Source: an uncultured Sulfitobacter sp.
GTDB lineage: Bacteria; Pseudomonadota; Alphaproteobacteria; Rhodobacterales; Rhodobacteraceae
Direction: 5' to 3'
Length of the DNA: 64,000 nt
NCBI RefSeq assembly: GCF_947500075.1
Contig: NZ_CANMQS010000012.1
Coordinates: 1,233-65,232 of the forward strand
Translations under genes and position numbers: made by a program
Part shown: positions 20,708 through 29,771 of the stretch, in pieces
Position numbering within the stretch: the stretch's first letter is position 1
How the letters are laid out: the number at the start of each line of letters is the position of its first letter
The notes under the pieces: generated by a model
What the model saw: only the letters and a program-made list of their open reading frames with translations
What the model was told of the DNA's origin: nothing
Databases searched by the model: none

Positions 20708-21058
20708 TCAGGGCATTTCTGCGGAGGGGGCCGACTGCCAGAGGGCGACGAAGAGCCAAAGCGCTGCCGCCCAGTCGGCCAGCGTGATGGCCAGATACCA
20801 CCAATCCGGAACGGGACCGTTGCCATAAGACAAACCCAACGCAATTGAGCCGCCAATACCCATCACAAAAAAGCTGAGCCATGCAAGCCAACGCTTGCCC
20901 CGGTTCAGCCCTGCGGCAATCAGCAGATAGACCACGCCAAAGGGGATCAGCACCAGCGCCGCCGTGCTGAGACCGCCGACGGTGAAGGCGAAGAAATGCA
21001 GCGCGGCACTGATCAGCACAAAGACAGCGGCAAGACGGTAAGAAGCAGGAACAGTCAT
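20708..21058 (-). CDS. small integral membrane protein, unknown function
   Basis: 116 aa with four clear hydrophobic segments. Lies directly downstream of the oxidoreductase genes on the same strand. Confidence 0.5.
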   Translation of the reverse strand: MTVPASYRLAAVFVLISAALHFFAFTVGGLSTAALVLIPFGVVYLLIAAGLNRGKRWLAWLSFFVMGIGGSIALGLSYGNGPVPDWWYLAITLADWAAALWLFVALWQSAPSAEMP

Positions 21059-21069
21059 AGCGGGTTTCC

Positions 21070-23307
21070 TCAGGCGAAATCGATGTGGTTGTAGAACGGC
21101 ATCTCACGCAGGCGGATACCCGTTGCTGCAAAAATCGCGTTGGACAAGGCGGGCGGGGCAGGGGGCACGCCGGGTTCGCCCGCGCCTTTGATGTCGGTGC
21201 CGTTTTCCAGTGCACGGGTTTCCACCACGGGACATTGGTTCATCCGCATTGCGTCGTGGACATAGAAGTTGTCCTGCTCCGCCATCCCGTCGGAATATGT
21301 AATCTCGGAATTCATCGCGTGGCCCAACCCCCAGATACAGCCGCCAGACAGCTGTGCATCAAGGTTGATAGGGTCGATGATCTGGCCCACGTCAGCCGCG
21401 ACAAAAGCCCGGTCCAGCTTGATGCCGTCATCGGTCATCGTGACCTCGACCACTTGCGCGCAGGGTACGCCGAAGGATTCGACCATCGCCACACCGCGCC
21501 CGCGGCCCGTCGGCAGGGGACTGCCCCAGTTTGACATCTCTGCCACTGCTTCCAGCACCTTGCGGTGCACATCGTTGTTGATCAGCCGAAGGCGTTCTTC
21601 CATCGGGTCCGCACCGGCGGCATGGATCAATTCGTCCAGAAAACTCTCCGCAAAGAACCCAACCGATGACGCTCCAACAGACCGCCATGAGCTAACAGGT
21701 GCAAGCTCCGGCACCCGGTAGGCGCGCACACGCAGGTTGGGGATGTCGTAGGGCATGTTCCAAGCGCCTGCCGGGATTTGCAGGTCGGGGCCGGGCATCG
21801 GCGCGCCAAGCCGTGTCCCTTGCGAGCCAAGTACGGAAGGCGACGCAATGTCGAGCGCCCAGCTTTCCACCTTGCCGTCCTTCACCACGCCGGAAGAGCG
21901 CGAAATGCCAATGTGCCGGGGATAGTCCTGCGCGAAGTCCTCTTCGCGGCTGAAGGTCAGCTTCACGGGTGTCCCGCGCATCTGCACAGCGATCTCTGCG
22001 GCTACGGTGATGTTGTCGAATTCCAGCCGATGACCAAAACTGCCGCCGGTCATCTGGTTGTGAAACACCACATCTTCAGAGGCACAGCCCACGATTGCGG
22101 CGACTTTCATCTGTACAAACCGCGGCACCTGATGCCCCGCCCAGACCTCCGCCCCGTTGGCGTCTGCGCGCACAATCGCGCTGAGCGGTTCCAGTGGTTG
22201 ATGGGCGACATAGGGTGCGCGGTACTCGGCTTCGATTGTTTCTGCGCCATCAAGGGCTGCGTCAACATCCCCGTCAGCACGCCATTCTGCGTCCAGCCGC
22301 CCAGCCACGAAACTCGCACTGACTTCGGCCCAATGGTCCTCCTGTTCTGCCGGGTAGGCCGCAGGTGCCCATTCGATGTCAAGCGCAAGCGCCCCCTGCA
22401 TCGCGCGCCAGGTGTTGTCTGCGATGACCGCGAAACCATTCGTAACGGGCAACACATCTGTGACACCGCGCATCTCCTTCGCGGCGCTATCGTCATGGCG
22501 AGTCGCCGCGCTGCGCCGCGGAGAGAGGCGGACAGCAGCATGGACCATGCCGTCAAGTTGCAGATCGATGCCGTATATCTCTGTCCCGGTGCTTTTTGCG
22601 GAAATGTCGATGCGTTGGACGTCCTTTCCGATCAGCCGCCACTCAGACGGATCGCGCAGCGTGACATCTGCGACAGGTTCAATCCCCGCCGCCGCCGCAG
22701 CGAGCGAGGTGTAGGGCAGCGCAGTGCCATCGGGCAGGATCACCGTGCCATTTTCGGTTTTCAGGTCCGCGACGGCGACACCTGATTGCTGGCTTGCAGC
22801 AAGCTTCAACGTCTCGCGCGCAACCGCACCGGCGCTGCGCAGTTTCACATATTGGTCAGGCATCGAAGTAGAGCCGCCCGTGCCTTGCAGGCCGATCAGC
22901 TTGATCGCGCCACCGGCAATCCCGCGCACTGTTTCGGCAGCAAAGCTCTTGTCGAAGGATTGAAACGGCACGCCGTCCGCAGCAAAGCCGGTGTTATGAT
23001 AGGCCGCACTGGGTTGCCCAAAAGACAGGGTGACCGCCGTCGGGTCGACGTCCAGTTCTTCCGCGATCAGCATCGCTTGGGCAGACTGCACGCCCTGACC
23101 GATGTCCGCATGTGGCACGATCAGCGTGATCTCTTGATCTGTGATTTTGATGTAGGGGTTAAATGCGACTTCATCTGGCCCCAACCCCTGCGCCAGCGGG
23201 TTGTCGTGGGGGCGGCTGACCGCATAGCTGCCGAATGCAACGCCTCCCATGACGGCAGCGGAGGAAATCAGAAAGGCGCGGCGGGTGATGGTTCTTGCGC
23301 GTCCCAT
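21070..23307 (-). CDS. xanthine dehydrogenase-family molybdopterin-binding oxidoreductase subunit (IorB/aldehyde oxidoreductase beta-like) with Tat signal
   Basis: 745 aa. Twin-arginine leader TITRRAFLISSAAVMGGVAFG. Conserved family blocks include GQGVQSAQAMLIAEEL and the C-terminal GAGEPGVPPAPPALSNAIFAATG. Confidence 0.9.
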   Translation of the reverse strand: MGRARTITRRAFLISSAAVMGGVAFGSYAVSRPHDNPLAQGLGPDEVAFNPYIKITDQEITLIVPHADIGQGVQSAQAMLIAEELDVDPTAVTLSFGQPSAAYHNTGFAADGVPFQSFDKSFAAETVRGIAGGAIKLIGLQGTGGSTSMPDQYVKLRSAGAVARETLKLAASQQSGVAVADLKTENGTVILPDGTALPYTSLAAAAAGIEPVADVTLRDPSEWRLIGKDVQRIDISAKSTGTEIYGIDLQLDGMVHAAVRLSPRRSAATRHDDSAAKEMRGVTDVLPVTNGFAVIADNTWRAMQGALALDIEWAPAAYPAEQEDHWAEVSASFVAGRLDAEWRADGDVDAALDGAETIEAEYRAPYVAHQPLEPLSAIVRADANGAEVWAGHQVPRFVQMKVAAIVGCASEDVVFHNQMTGGSFGHRLEFDNITVAAEIAVQMRGTPVKLTFSREEDFAQDYPRHIGISRSSGVVKDGKVESWALDIASPSVLGSQGTRLGAPMPGPDLQIPAGAWNMPYDIPNLRVRAYRVPELAPVSSWRSVGASSVGFFAESFLDELIHAAGADPMEERLRLINNDVHRKVLEAVAEMSNWGSPLPTGRGRGVAMVESFGVPCAQVVEVTMTDDGIKLDRAFVAADVGQIIDPINLDAQLSGGCIWGLGHAMNSEITYSDGMAEQDNFYVHDAMRMNQCPVVETRALENGTDIKGAGEPGVPPAPPALSNAIFAATGIRLREMPFYNHIDFA

Positions 23308-23309
23308 GA

Positions 23310-23771
23310 TCAGGCCCCCTGAATTTTCGTTGCGGCGGTTTTAATGGCGGCACGGATGCGGGGATATGTCCCGCAGCGGCAGAGATTGCCGCTCATCGCT
23401 TCGTCGATATCCGCGTCAGAGGGGGTAGGGTTGAGATCCAGCAGGGTCGCGGCTTGCATGATCTGCCCCGACTGGCAGTAGCCGCACTGGGCGACCTGAT
23501 GATCGACCCATGCCTCCTGGAGCGCGTGCAGGGCATCCGGCGTGCCAAGACCTTCGATTGTGGTCACTTCGCTGCCTTCAAGCGCCTCGGCCGTGATCTG
23601 GCAGCTCCGAACTGCGATGCCGTCCATATGCACGGTACAGGCCCCACATTGAGCAATGCCACAGCCGTATTTTACGCCTGTGATCCCCAATTCGTCTCGA
23701 AGAACCCACAAAAGCGGCATGTCAGGCTCGACATCCACGGTGTGTTCTTGTCCATTCACAGTGAGTTTCAT
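23310..23771 (-). CDS. (2Fe-2S)-binding small subunit of the oxidoreductase (IorA-like)
   Basis: Start placed at ATG 23771 ([10 protein letters not shown]), preceded by GGAGAGAGG. The ORF-track start at 23801 is a GTG. Cys clusters are [11 protein letters not shown] and CQSGQ...NLCRCGTY. Confidence 0.9.
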   Translation of the reverse strand: MKLTVNGQEHTVDVEPDMPLLWVLRDELGITGVKYGCGIAQCGACTVHMDGIAVRSCQITAEALEGSEVTTIEGLGTPDALHALQEAWVDHQVAQCGYCQSGQIMQAATLLDLNPTPSDADIDEAMSGNLCRCGTYPRIRAAIKTAATKIQGA

Positions 23772-23793
23772 GCGGCCTCTCTCCGTTTGACAC

Positions 23794-23820
23794 TTGGACA
23801 CATATAATCGATATGTCTAA
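23794..23820. promoter_or_regulatory. imperfect palindrome (core ACATAT-AATCG-ATATGT) in the divergent iorA / TetR intergenic region; candidate TetR operator
   Basis: Read from the sequence TTGGACACATATAATCGATATGTCTAA. It is flanked by two TTTGACA boxes (23786 and 23821). Confidence 0.3.
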
Positions 23821-23855
23821 TTTGACAAGAGCATTTAGTCGGTGAAGATGGGACG

Positions 23856-24422
23856 ATGACGGATCGGGACCGGAAATTGATAGAAGCCGCGCGGCTTGTC
23901 TTTGCACGGTATGGCTTTGCAAAGACAACAATGGCGGACATTGCCCGCGAGGCCGGCGTGGCGCGGCAGACCTTGTACAACGCTTATGCCGGCAAGGACG
24001 AAGTGCTGCGCGCGGCAGTGCGTCTGTCGATTGCCGAAACCGATGCCGCAGTGACCGCCGCTTGGCGTGACTGCGACGGGCTTGACGCGCATCTTGAGGC
24101 GTTCTTCAGAATTGGACCGCTGGCATGGTACGACTTTGCGCAAACCTCTCCGGAAGCTGCGGAGATTTTGGAAGGCCTGCACAAAGTCGCGGCGGAGGAG
24201 TTGCAGCAGGCAGCGCAGGAATGGACAGCACGGTTTGAAGCCTTGCTGCTGGCAGAAGTCCCGGCGGGCCACCCGATTGTGGCCCGTGCGGCCGAATTGG
24301 CGGACTTTATCTACGCAGGCAGCATCAATGCCAAATACAGTGCCGGCAGCCGCAGCGTTCTCGAAAACCGGCTGGAGATGCTCAAGAGGTCAGTCTTGGC
24401 GTTGGTTACGAATACCCGGTAA
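23856..24422 (+). CDS. TetR/AcrR family transcriptional regulator
   Basis: 188 aa. N-terminal HTH: AARLVFARYGFAKTTMADIAREAGVARQTLYNAY. Confidence 0.85.
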   Translation: MTDRDRKLIEAARLVFARYGFAKTTMADIAREAGVARQTLYNAYAGKDEVLRAAVRLSIAETDAAVTAAWRDCDGLDAHLEAFFRIGPLAWYDFAQTSPEAAEILEGLHKVAAEELQQAAQEWTARFEALLLAEVPAGHPIVARAAELADFIYAGSINAKYSAGSRSVLENRLEMLKRSVLALVTNTR

Positions 24423-24424
24423 GA

Positions 24425-24994
24425 TCAACGCGCCAGGCGTGATCTGAGCAGCCCAAGCGCATTGTCAAAATGCGCCGGGTCTTCCTCTGCCCTTGCCCGC
24501 AGCTGCGCGCCTTCCAACATTGCCAGCGTGGCCGCGGCCTCTTGCGCGGGGTCATGGACCATTGCGATTGAGCGGTCCGATCCTCCCAAGTGATATGTCG
24601 CTGCTATCCATGCCAGCATCATCTGACGAAACCCGACGATTTCGCTGATCACTTCTGCGGGCAAGCTATTGCGGCTGGTGGAAAACGACACGCAAAGACA
24701 CAGGCTCTGCCCGCCCTCCAATGCGGCGCGGTAACGATCGATGAGCGCCGCGAGACGCGCCCCGCCGGTCGCGCACTCTGCATCAATACTCTGGCACGCT
24801 TTCGCGAACGCCTGGGTGTAGCGTTTCATGATCGCGGCGGATAACGCAGCCTTGGTCGGAAAGTGGTGATGAATGCTGGCTTTGCGAATGCCAACCTCCT
24901 GCGCCAGATCCGCATAGCTGAACCCGTCAAACCCGCGCGTTCGGGCTGCCCGTTCGGCCGAGTCAAGAAGGGCTGTTTTGGTATCCTTTGCCAT
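24425..24994 (-). CDS. TetR/AcrR family transcriptional regulator
   Basis: 189 aa. HTH: SAERAARTRGFDGFSYADLAQEVGIRKASIHHHFPTK. It is the last gene of the cupin/oxidase operon. Confidence 0.85.
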   Translation of the reverse strand: MAKDTKTALLDSAERAARTRGFDGFSYADLAQEVGIRKASIHHHFPTKAALSAAIMKRYTQAFAKACQSIDAECATGGARLAALIDRYRAALEGGQSLCLCVSFSTSRNSLPAEVISEIVGFRQMMLAWIAATYHLGGSDRSIAMVHDPAQEAAATLAMLEGAQLRARAEEDPAHFDNALGLLRSRLAR

Positions 24995-25006
24995 CTTCGA
25001 CCTCTT

Positions 25007-26053
25007 TCAAGTTTTCAGGCTGTGCAGCGCATTTTCAGCGGCTTCCAAGGCACCTTCCAGATAACCGCCAAACTGTGGTGCGGCTTCAGTCCCGGCGAAC
25101 AAAAGCCTGCCGTGCCAGATGCCTTGAAGCGCTGCGGGCAAGCGGTAGGATGGATGCGCGTAGAGTGGCGCATGATCCAGTGGCGTTGCTGTGTGCGGAT
25201 CAAAAGCCCAGTCTTTGAGGATCAATTGCCGGGGCGCGGCTGCGGCATCCCCAAACAACCTGACCAGCTGCGCGACGATATGCTGGCGAAGGCGTGGCAC
25301 ATCCTTGCGACCCTCTGGCGGGACACCAAGGAAACCAAAAAGAGCGTATGGGCCGCCCATGGCAGGGGAGGCATCGTGGATTTCGACCATCGGCCCATGG
25401 CGGCTGGTCGCATCTCCCGAAAGCCGGGCGTCGCGCCAGAAGGGGGTGTCGTAGATCGCAATGGCCTTTGCGTGCCCGGCCATCCAAGTTGGAATGTCGC
25501 GCATGGCGTTTCGCATCGTCTCCGGCAGGGGGGGATCAAAGTGAAGAGTCGCAGCAATGCGGGGCGGCAGGGCGAGCACAACTTGCTTGGCTTCAAGGAC
25601 GTCCCCGCTTTGCAGCGCTGCGGTTATGCCCTCTTCGGTCTTTTGAAGCGCTCTTACTGCCTTGCCCAGATGGATGCGCTGCGATGACAGACCCCCTGCC
25701 AGACGTGAGGTGAGTTTTTCCAATCCGCCTTCAAGCCGCAATGATCCCTGCATGGATGCAAATCCGCGCCCACGCTCGACACGCCCATCGGGCCCTTCGT
25801 ACAAAAGATCCCCGCGTGCGTATTGCTCAAACGCGGCGAGCCGGTGATCTTTGATCAGCGCTGCAATGCGTGGCTGCCCCGGCCAAAACCAGGCAGGACC
25901 CATATCAAATGCGCCCTCGCCGCAATGTTCAGTCTTGATGCGGCCGCCAAACCGCGCGCGGGCTTCGACCAGCTGATAATCGCGCCCCTCGCGTTCCAGC
26001 ATGTCTGCGAGGGTGAGGCCAGACAGACCACCGCCGACAATCAGCACGGACAT
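25007..26053 (-). CDS. FAD-dependent amine oxidase-like oxidoreductase
   Basis: Start at ATG 26053 ([16 protein letters not shown], dinucleotide-binding GxGxxG), overlapping the stop of the upstream cupin reading frame (TGATG). 348 aa. Confidence 0.8.
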   Translation of the reverse strand: MSVLIVGGGLSGLTLADMLEREGRDYQLVEARARFGGRIKTEHCGEGAFDMGPAWFWPGQPRIAALIKDHRLAAFEQYARGDLLYEGPDGRVERGRGFASMQGSLRLEGGLEKLTSRLAGGLSSQRIHLGKAVRALQKTEEGITAALQSGDVLEAKQVVLALPPRIAATLHFDPPLPETMRNAMRDIPTWMAGHAKAIAIYDTPFWRDARLSGDATSRHGPMVEIHDASPAMGGPYALFGFLGVPPEGRKDVPRLRQHIVAQLVRLFGDAAAAPRQLILKDWAFDPHTATPLDHAPLYAHPSYRLPAALQGIWHGRLLFAGTEAAPQFGGYLEGALEAAENALHSLKT

Positions 26054-26494
26054 CAGGTCGCGGGTGCCTTGGCATGGACAAGGTGACCGGTCTTCATCCA
26101 GACTTTTGCGCCGCCTTCTCCGGCAACGGATCGAAGCGATGCCCCATCGGGCAGTCGCAGCCAGGCGCCTTTGCTCAACGTCTCTCCACCTTCGGTCAGG
26201 CTCCCGCCGATGATGAGAAGTTGTCGGGGGATTGCGGACGTATGTGCCTTCCGGGAAATCCCCGTGTTCATCCTGAAAAACGCCGTCCAGAACGATGAAT
26301 TCTTCCCCACCTGTGTGCGTATGGGCGGAAAAATGGCTCCCCGGCGCGTAGCGCACGATGGAGGTTGCGCGGGCAACTTCGTCCCCGATCCTGTCGAGCA
26401 TCCGGCGGTCCACACCGGCCATGGGGGACGGGGTCCACGCCAGTTGTTCGGAGTGAACAACCACGCGGGCGTTGAAATCTGCGTTCAGTTCCAT
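26053..26494 (-). pseudogene. ChrR-like cupin gene, frame-disrupted
   Basis: The N-terminal half (MELNADF...[38 protein letters not shown]) is in one frame. The family-typical tail ([30 protein letters not shown], stop at 26053) is in the +1 frame. The frame change lies around 26200-26235. Confidence 0.55.
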
Positions 26495-26588
26495 GTGGCG
26501 GGTCCTTTTGTTTTGGGTGTCCGACGGGATGCTGTTGATCCGGGACGTCCGGGCGAGGTCGGAGCTATTTCGCAAATCGCGATCATGA

Positions 26589-26608
26589 TCTACCTACCAC
26601 TAGGTAGA
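26589..26608. promoter_or_regulatory. perfect inverted repeat TCTACCTA-CCAC-TAGGTAGA upstream of the cupin/oxidase/TetR operon; candidate operator
   Basis: Read directly from the sequence. It lies 95-115 nt upstream of the cupin start codon (26494, minus strand). Confidence 0.4.
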
Positions 26609-26728
26609 GATATGGAACAAGTATTATCTGACCTTGCGTCGAGGCCTTCACCGCACTGTGATGTGGCGGGAGCAAAGCCTGACAGAGCGGAGGCCTCAAA
26701 TGTCGCAAGGCTGAAAGGCCTTGCGGGA

Positions 26729-27145
26729 CTATTCGTCGGAACTGTCGTAAATGTCGAAGTCGATTGTCAGACCGCGCTCAGCCAGCCTTTGCAACGTCTC
26801 GTTCGACAGACTGATACCTTCATTGCCTTCTTCCATGAACAGGCCGCAGAAGACGTCTGCCCGGAAACGTGAGGTGAGGTCCTGCCAAATGCTCATGTCG
26901 TCGGTGAGCTGACCAAGTACCTCGGATATCTGAGCGTCAAGGTCGCCCGGTTCGCGCCGTTCTGCACTCAACCGCCAGCCGCCACTTCGGGCCGTTCGTT
27001 TGCTCCCTGTGGTCTTGCCGACAATCTCTTGTCCCTTCCTCTCAGAGTTGGTTGGCTGACGACCCAGGAGAAGGGTGAGTTCATCTGGGTCTAAGTCATC
27101 ACCAAAGAACCGAAGGGAAGCGGCTGAGCCGCTCAATACAGCCAT
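26729..27145 (-). CDS. DUF4279 domain protein
   Basis: 138 aa. The pattern SLRFFGDDLDPDELTLLLG..P......G........GGW.L....., ending in LTIDFDIY, matches my memory of DUF4279. Confidence 0.55.
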   Translation of the reverse strand: MAVLSGSAASLRFFGDDLDPDELTLLLGRQPTNSERKGQEIVGKTTGSKRTARSGGWRLSAERREPGDLDAQISEVLGQLTDDMSIWQDLTSRFRADVFCGLFMEEGNEGISLSNETLQRLAERGLTIDFDIYDSSDE

Positions 27146-27333
27146 GAATTGCTTTCCTGAAAGTGTCTCGTCATCATCTGGGTATATTGTGAGAACTCAT
27201 CCTTGTCAGCCTTCGGCGGTTCGTTCCTCGCGCCTGCGTTCATTATGTGCTTCCATCCTTGAAGGACGACCCGGCGGGCGACGGCCAGCTTGCGGCGTTC
27301 TTCCAGTCTCAGGTGAGAGGAGCAGGATCCCAT
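27133..27333 (-). CDS. hypothetical small protein (66 aa)
   Basis: ATG ORF whose end overlaps the DUF4279 start by 13 nt. No recognisable motif; the coding call is weak. Confidence 0.25.
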   Translation of the reverse strand: MGSCSSHLRLEERRKLAVARRVVLQGWKHIMNAGARNEPPKADKDEFSQYTQMMTRHFQESNSWLY

Positions 27334-27541
27334 GCAACACTCTGTTTTAATACGAAATTTTCATTTCGTTTTTGAATGTGCCGACTACAACGGTCAAATG
27401 AGGGTAAGACATGTTATGTAATGTAAATGACAAATGCCGGATCAACGCTCTGCCACGCTCTGCGCGTTCTGACCCAAAACTGTTGCGCGGACCCATTGGC
27501 GGCTGATAAGCGCGCAGGGTCATATTCTGTCAGGATAGAGA

Positions 27542-28708
27542 ATGAAGATTGCAGTGGTTGGAATGGGCTATGTCGGCCTGTCGAATGCAGTTCTGCTGGC
27601 GCAGCACAACGATGTCACAGGTGTAGACCTGTCCGCAGAGCGGGTGCAGATGCTCAATGCCGGGCAAAGCCCTATCGTCGATCAGGAACTCAGCCGCTAT
27701 CTGAATGACGTGCCATTGATGCTTTCAGCCACCACCGATGGGGCCGATGCGATGCGGGAAGCGGATTACGTCGTTGTTGCCACGCCGACGGACTATGATC
27801 CGGAGACGAACTATTTCGATGTGTCCAGTGTCGAGAATGTGGTTGCTGAGGCTTTGGCACTGTCTGCGACCAGCACGGTCATCATCAAGTCCACCATCCC
27901 GGTTGGGTTCATCGACCGTATCCGTGCGGAGCATGATACAAAGCGTGTGATTTTCAGCCCTGAATTCCTGCGCGAAGGTCAGGCGTTGGCGGATAACCTG
28001 CACCCAAGTCGGATCGTTGTCGGGGATCGGACCGAAGCGGCACAGATCTTTGCGGATATGCTGGTTGAAGGCGCGGTTGCGACCGATATTCCGGTGCTGT
28101 TGACCGGCCCCTCAGAAGCGGAAGCGATCAAGCTTTTCGCCAACACCTACCTTGCCATGCGCGTGGCCTATTTCAACGAACTCGACAGTTATGCGCTGGC
28201 TGGTGGCATGGACACACGTGAGATCATACGGGGGATTTGCCTCGATCCCCGGATCGGGGATCATTACAATAACCCATCGTTTGGGTATGGGGGCTACTGC
28301 CTGCCGAAGGACACAAAGCAACTTCTGGCGAACTACTCAGAAGTGCCGCAAAACCTGATCCGCGCGATTGTTGATGCAAACCGGACGCGAAAGGGCTTTC
28401 TGGCAGATCAGATCATCGCCCATGGCCCGCAGAAAGTCGGCATCTACCGGTTGGTCATGAAAACCGGGTCGGACAACTTCCGCCATTCCTCCATTCAGGG
28501 GATTATGAAGCGGATCAAGGCCAAGGGCATTGATGTTGTGGTTTATGAGCCCAGCCTCAAAGAGGATCGGTTCTACAATTCGGAAGTGATCCGCGATCTG
28601 GACGTGTTCAAGTCATCCTGTGACCTGATTGTCGCCAATCGGCATACGGATGAACTGGCTGATGTTCGGGACAAGGTCTTTACCCGCGATCTCTTCGGCT
28701 CGGGCTAG
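27542..28708 (+). CDS. ugd: UDP-glucose 6-dehydrogenase
   Basis: 388 aa. [20 protein letters not shown] Rossmann motif and the catalytic-Cys region [19 protein letters not shown]. Confidence 0.95.
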   Translation: MKIAVVGMGYVGLSNAVLLAQHNDVTGVDLSAERVQMLNAGQSPIVDQELSRYLNDVPLMLSATTDGADAMREADYVVVATPTDYDPETNYFDVSSVENVVAEALALSATSTVIIKSTIPVGFIDRIRAEHDTKRVIFSPEFLREGQALADNLHPSRIVVGDRTEAAQIFADMLVEGAVATDIPVLLTGPSEAEAIKLFANTYLAMRVAYFNELDSYALAGGMDTREIIRGICLDPRIGDHYNNPSFGYGGYCLPKDTKQLLANYSEVPQNLIRAIVDANRTRKGFLADQIIAHGPQKVGIYRLVMKTGSDNFRHSSIQGIMKRIKAKGIDVVVYEPSLKEDRFYNSEVIRDLDVFKSSCDLIVANRHTDELADVRDKVFTRDLFGSG

Positions 28709-28877
28709 AAGAGGCCTGCCATCATCCGCGCGGCAAGCGAAATACCGCTTTTGACTCTGGTCATTGGTCATGAGATGGCTTGCTGCGCCTGTGAAAGCAT
28801 GGTGGATTATGAGGCGGCAACAGGTGTTCTTAGGCCCAGTCCAGAGTGTACGTGACCAATAAGAAGGTGTGTAGAAA

Positions 28878-29753
28878 ATGAGCGAACGAAGTAAGAGACT
28901 GGTACTGCACATCGGCTTTCACAAAACCGGAACGTCGGCCTTGCAGGAAGGGTTCTATGCCAATGCGGACAAGCTTGCCGCTGCGGGGCTGATCTATCCC
29001 AAACCGCTGTGCAAGTTTCAGTCGCATATCGAGCTTCCTGCGGCCCTTTTTCCAGATGAAGTGCCATGGGTAGAAGAGAAATATGACCTCGATGAAGTGT
29101 GTGGCCACTACGCGGACATGGTGGCCGATGCGCCGGAAGGGTCCACGCTGATCCTGTCGAGCGAGGAACTGTGCCGTATTGATCTGCGCGAAGAATTTCT
29201 GCGCGCTCTGCATGACCGTCTGGGCAATCTGCCGGATACCCGGACGCAGATCGTCGCGTATACACGCGATGCCGTGGCGTTCCTTGTTTCGCTCTATCAT
29301 CACGAAATCAGGGTGCGGGTCTATCACAAGCACTTCAGCGACTTTGTGAATGGCCATCATATCGCGCTTGAGAATGTGCGTTTTGACCGACGGCTTGAAG
29401 GCTGGCGGGCAACTTTCGGGGCGGAAAATGTTCTGGTGCAGGACTACGATCAGGTTGTTCGGCAGCGCGGTCCCACCGGGATTACCGAAGATTTCCTGAC
29501 CCTGATGGGGCACCCTGATCTCGACCTTGAGATTGAGGACAAATTCGTCAACACCGGTGTGCACCCCTGGCTGGTCTCAGCCTACAGCCAGCTTTACCTC
29601 GCCGGACTGCCCAAGCAAGACTACGACCCCATCCGCGATGAGATCATTCGCCTTGGTTTCAAGCTGCCGCGTGTCAATGCTGCTGAATACTACCTTGGTG
29701 AAGAAGGGGTTGCGGAACTGCGTGCGCGGATTGCCGATCACACGTCCATATAG
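28878..29753 (+). CDS. putative sulfotransferase-family protein
   Basis: 291 aa. The only clear motif is the N-terminal LVLHIGFHKTGTSALQ loop, which resembles the PKxGTT PAPS-binding loop. Confidence 0.45.
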   Translation: MSERSKRLVLHIGFHKTGTSALQEGFYANADKLAAAGLIYPKPLCKFQSHIELPAALFPDEVPWVEEKYDLDEVCGHYADMVADAPEGSTLILSSEELCRIDLREEFLRALHDRLGNLPDTRTQIVAYTRDAVAFLVSLYHHEIRVRVYHKHFSDFVNGHHIALENVRFDRRLEGWRATFGAENVLVQDYDQVVRQRGPTGITEDFLTLMGHPDLDLEIEDKFVNTGVHPWLVSAYSQLYLAGLPKQDYDPIRDEIIRLGFKLPRVNAAEYYLGEEGVAELRARIADHTSI

Positions 29754-29771
29754 CGCCCTGCGTGGTATCAC

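Noticed and set aside
23786-23830. TTGACA boxes plus TATAAT as a canonical sigma-70 promoter
   Set aside because: The first TTGACA is only 10 nt from the TATAAT. The second has no good -10 element at 17 nt. The region is kept only as a possible regulatory region, not as a called promoter.
25007-26575. Single 522-aa CDS (cupin-oxidase fusion) as listed in the ORF track
   Set aside because: The linker is Arg-rich nonsense produced by reading the cupin tail out of frame. The oxidase has its own ATG with a GxGxxG motif directly after it, and that ATG overlaps the stop of the true cupin frame.
27352-27374. Hairpin ACGAAAT-TTTC-ATTTCGT followed by TTTTT, resembling a plus-strand rho-independent terminator
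   Set aside because: The stem is only 7 bp and AT-rich. There is no plus-strand gene upstream for it to terminate. It is more likely just part of the AT-rich promoter region of ugd or the minus-strand cassette.
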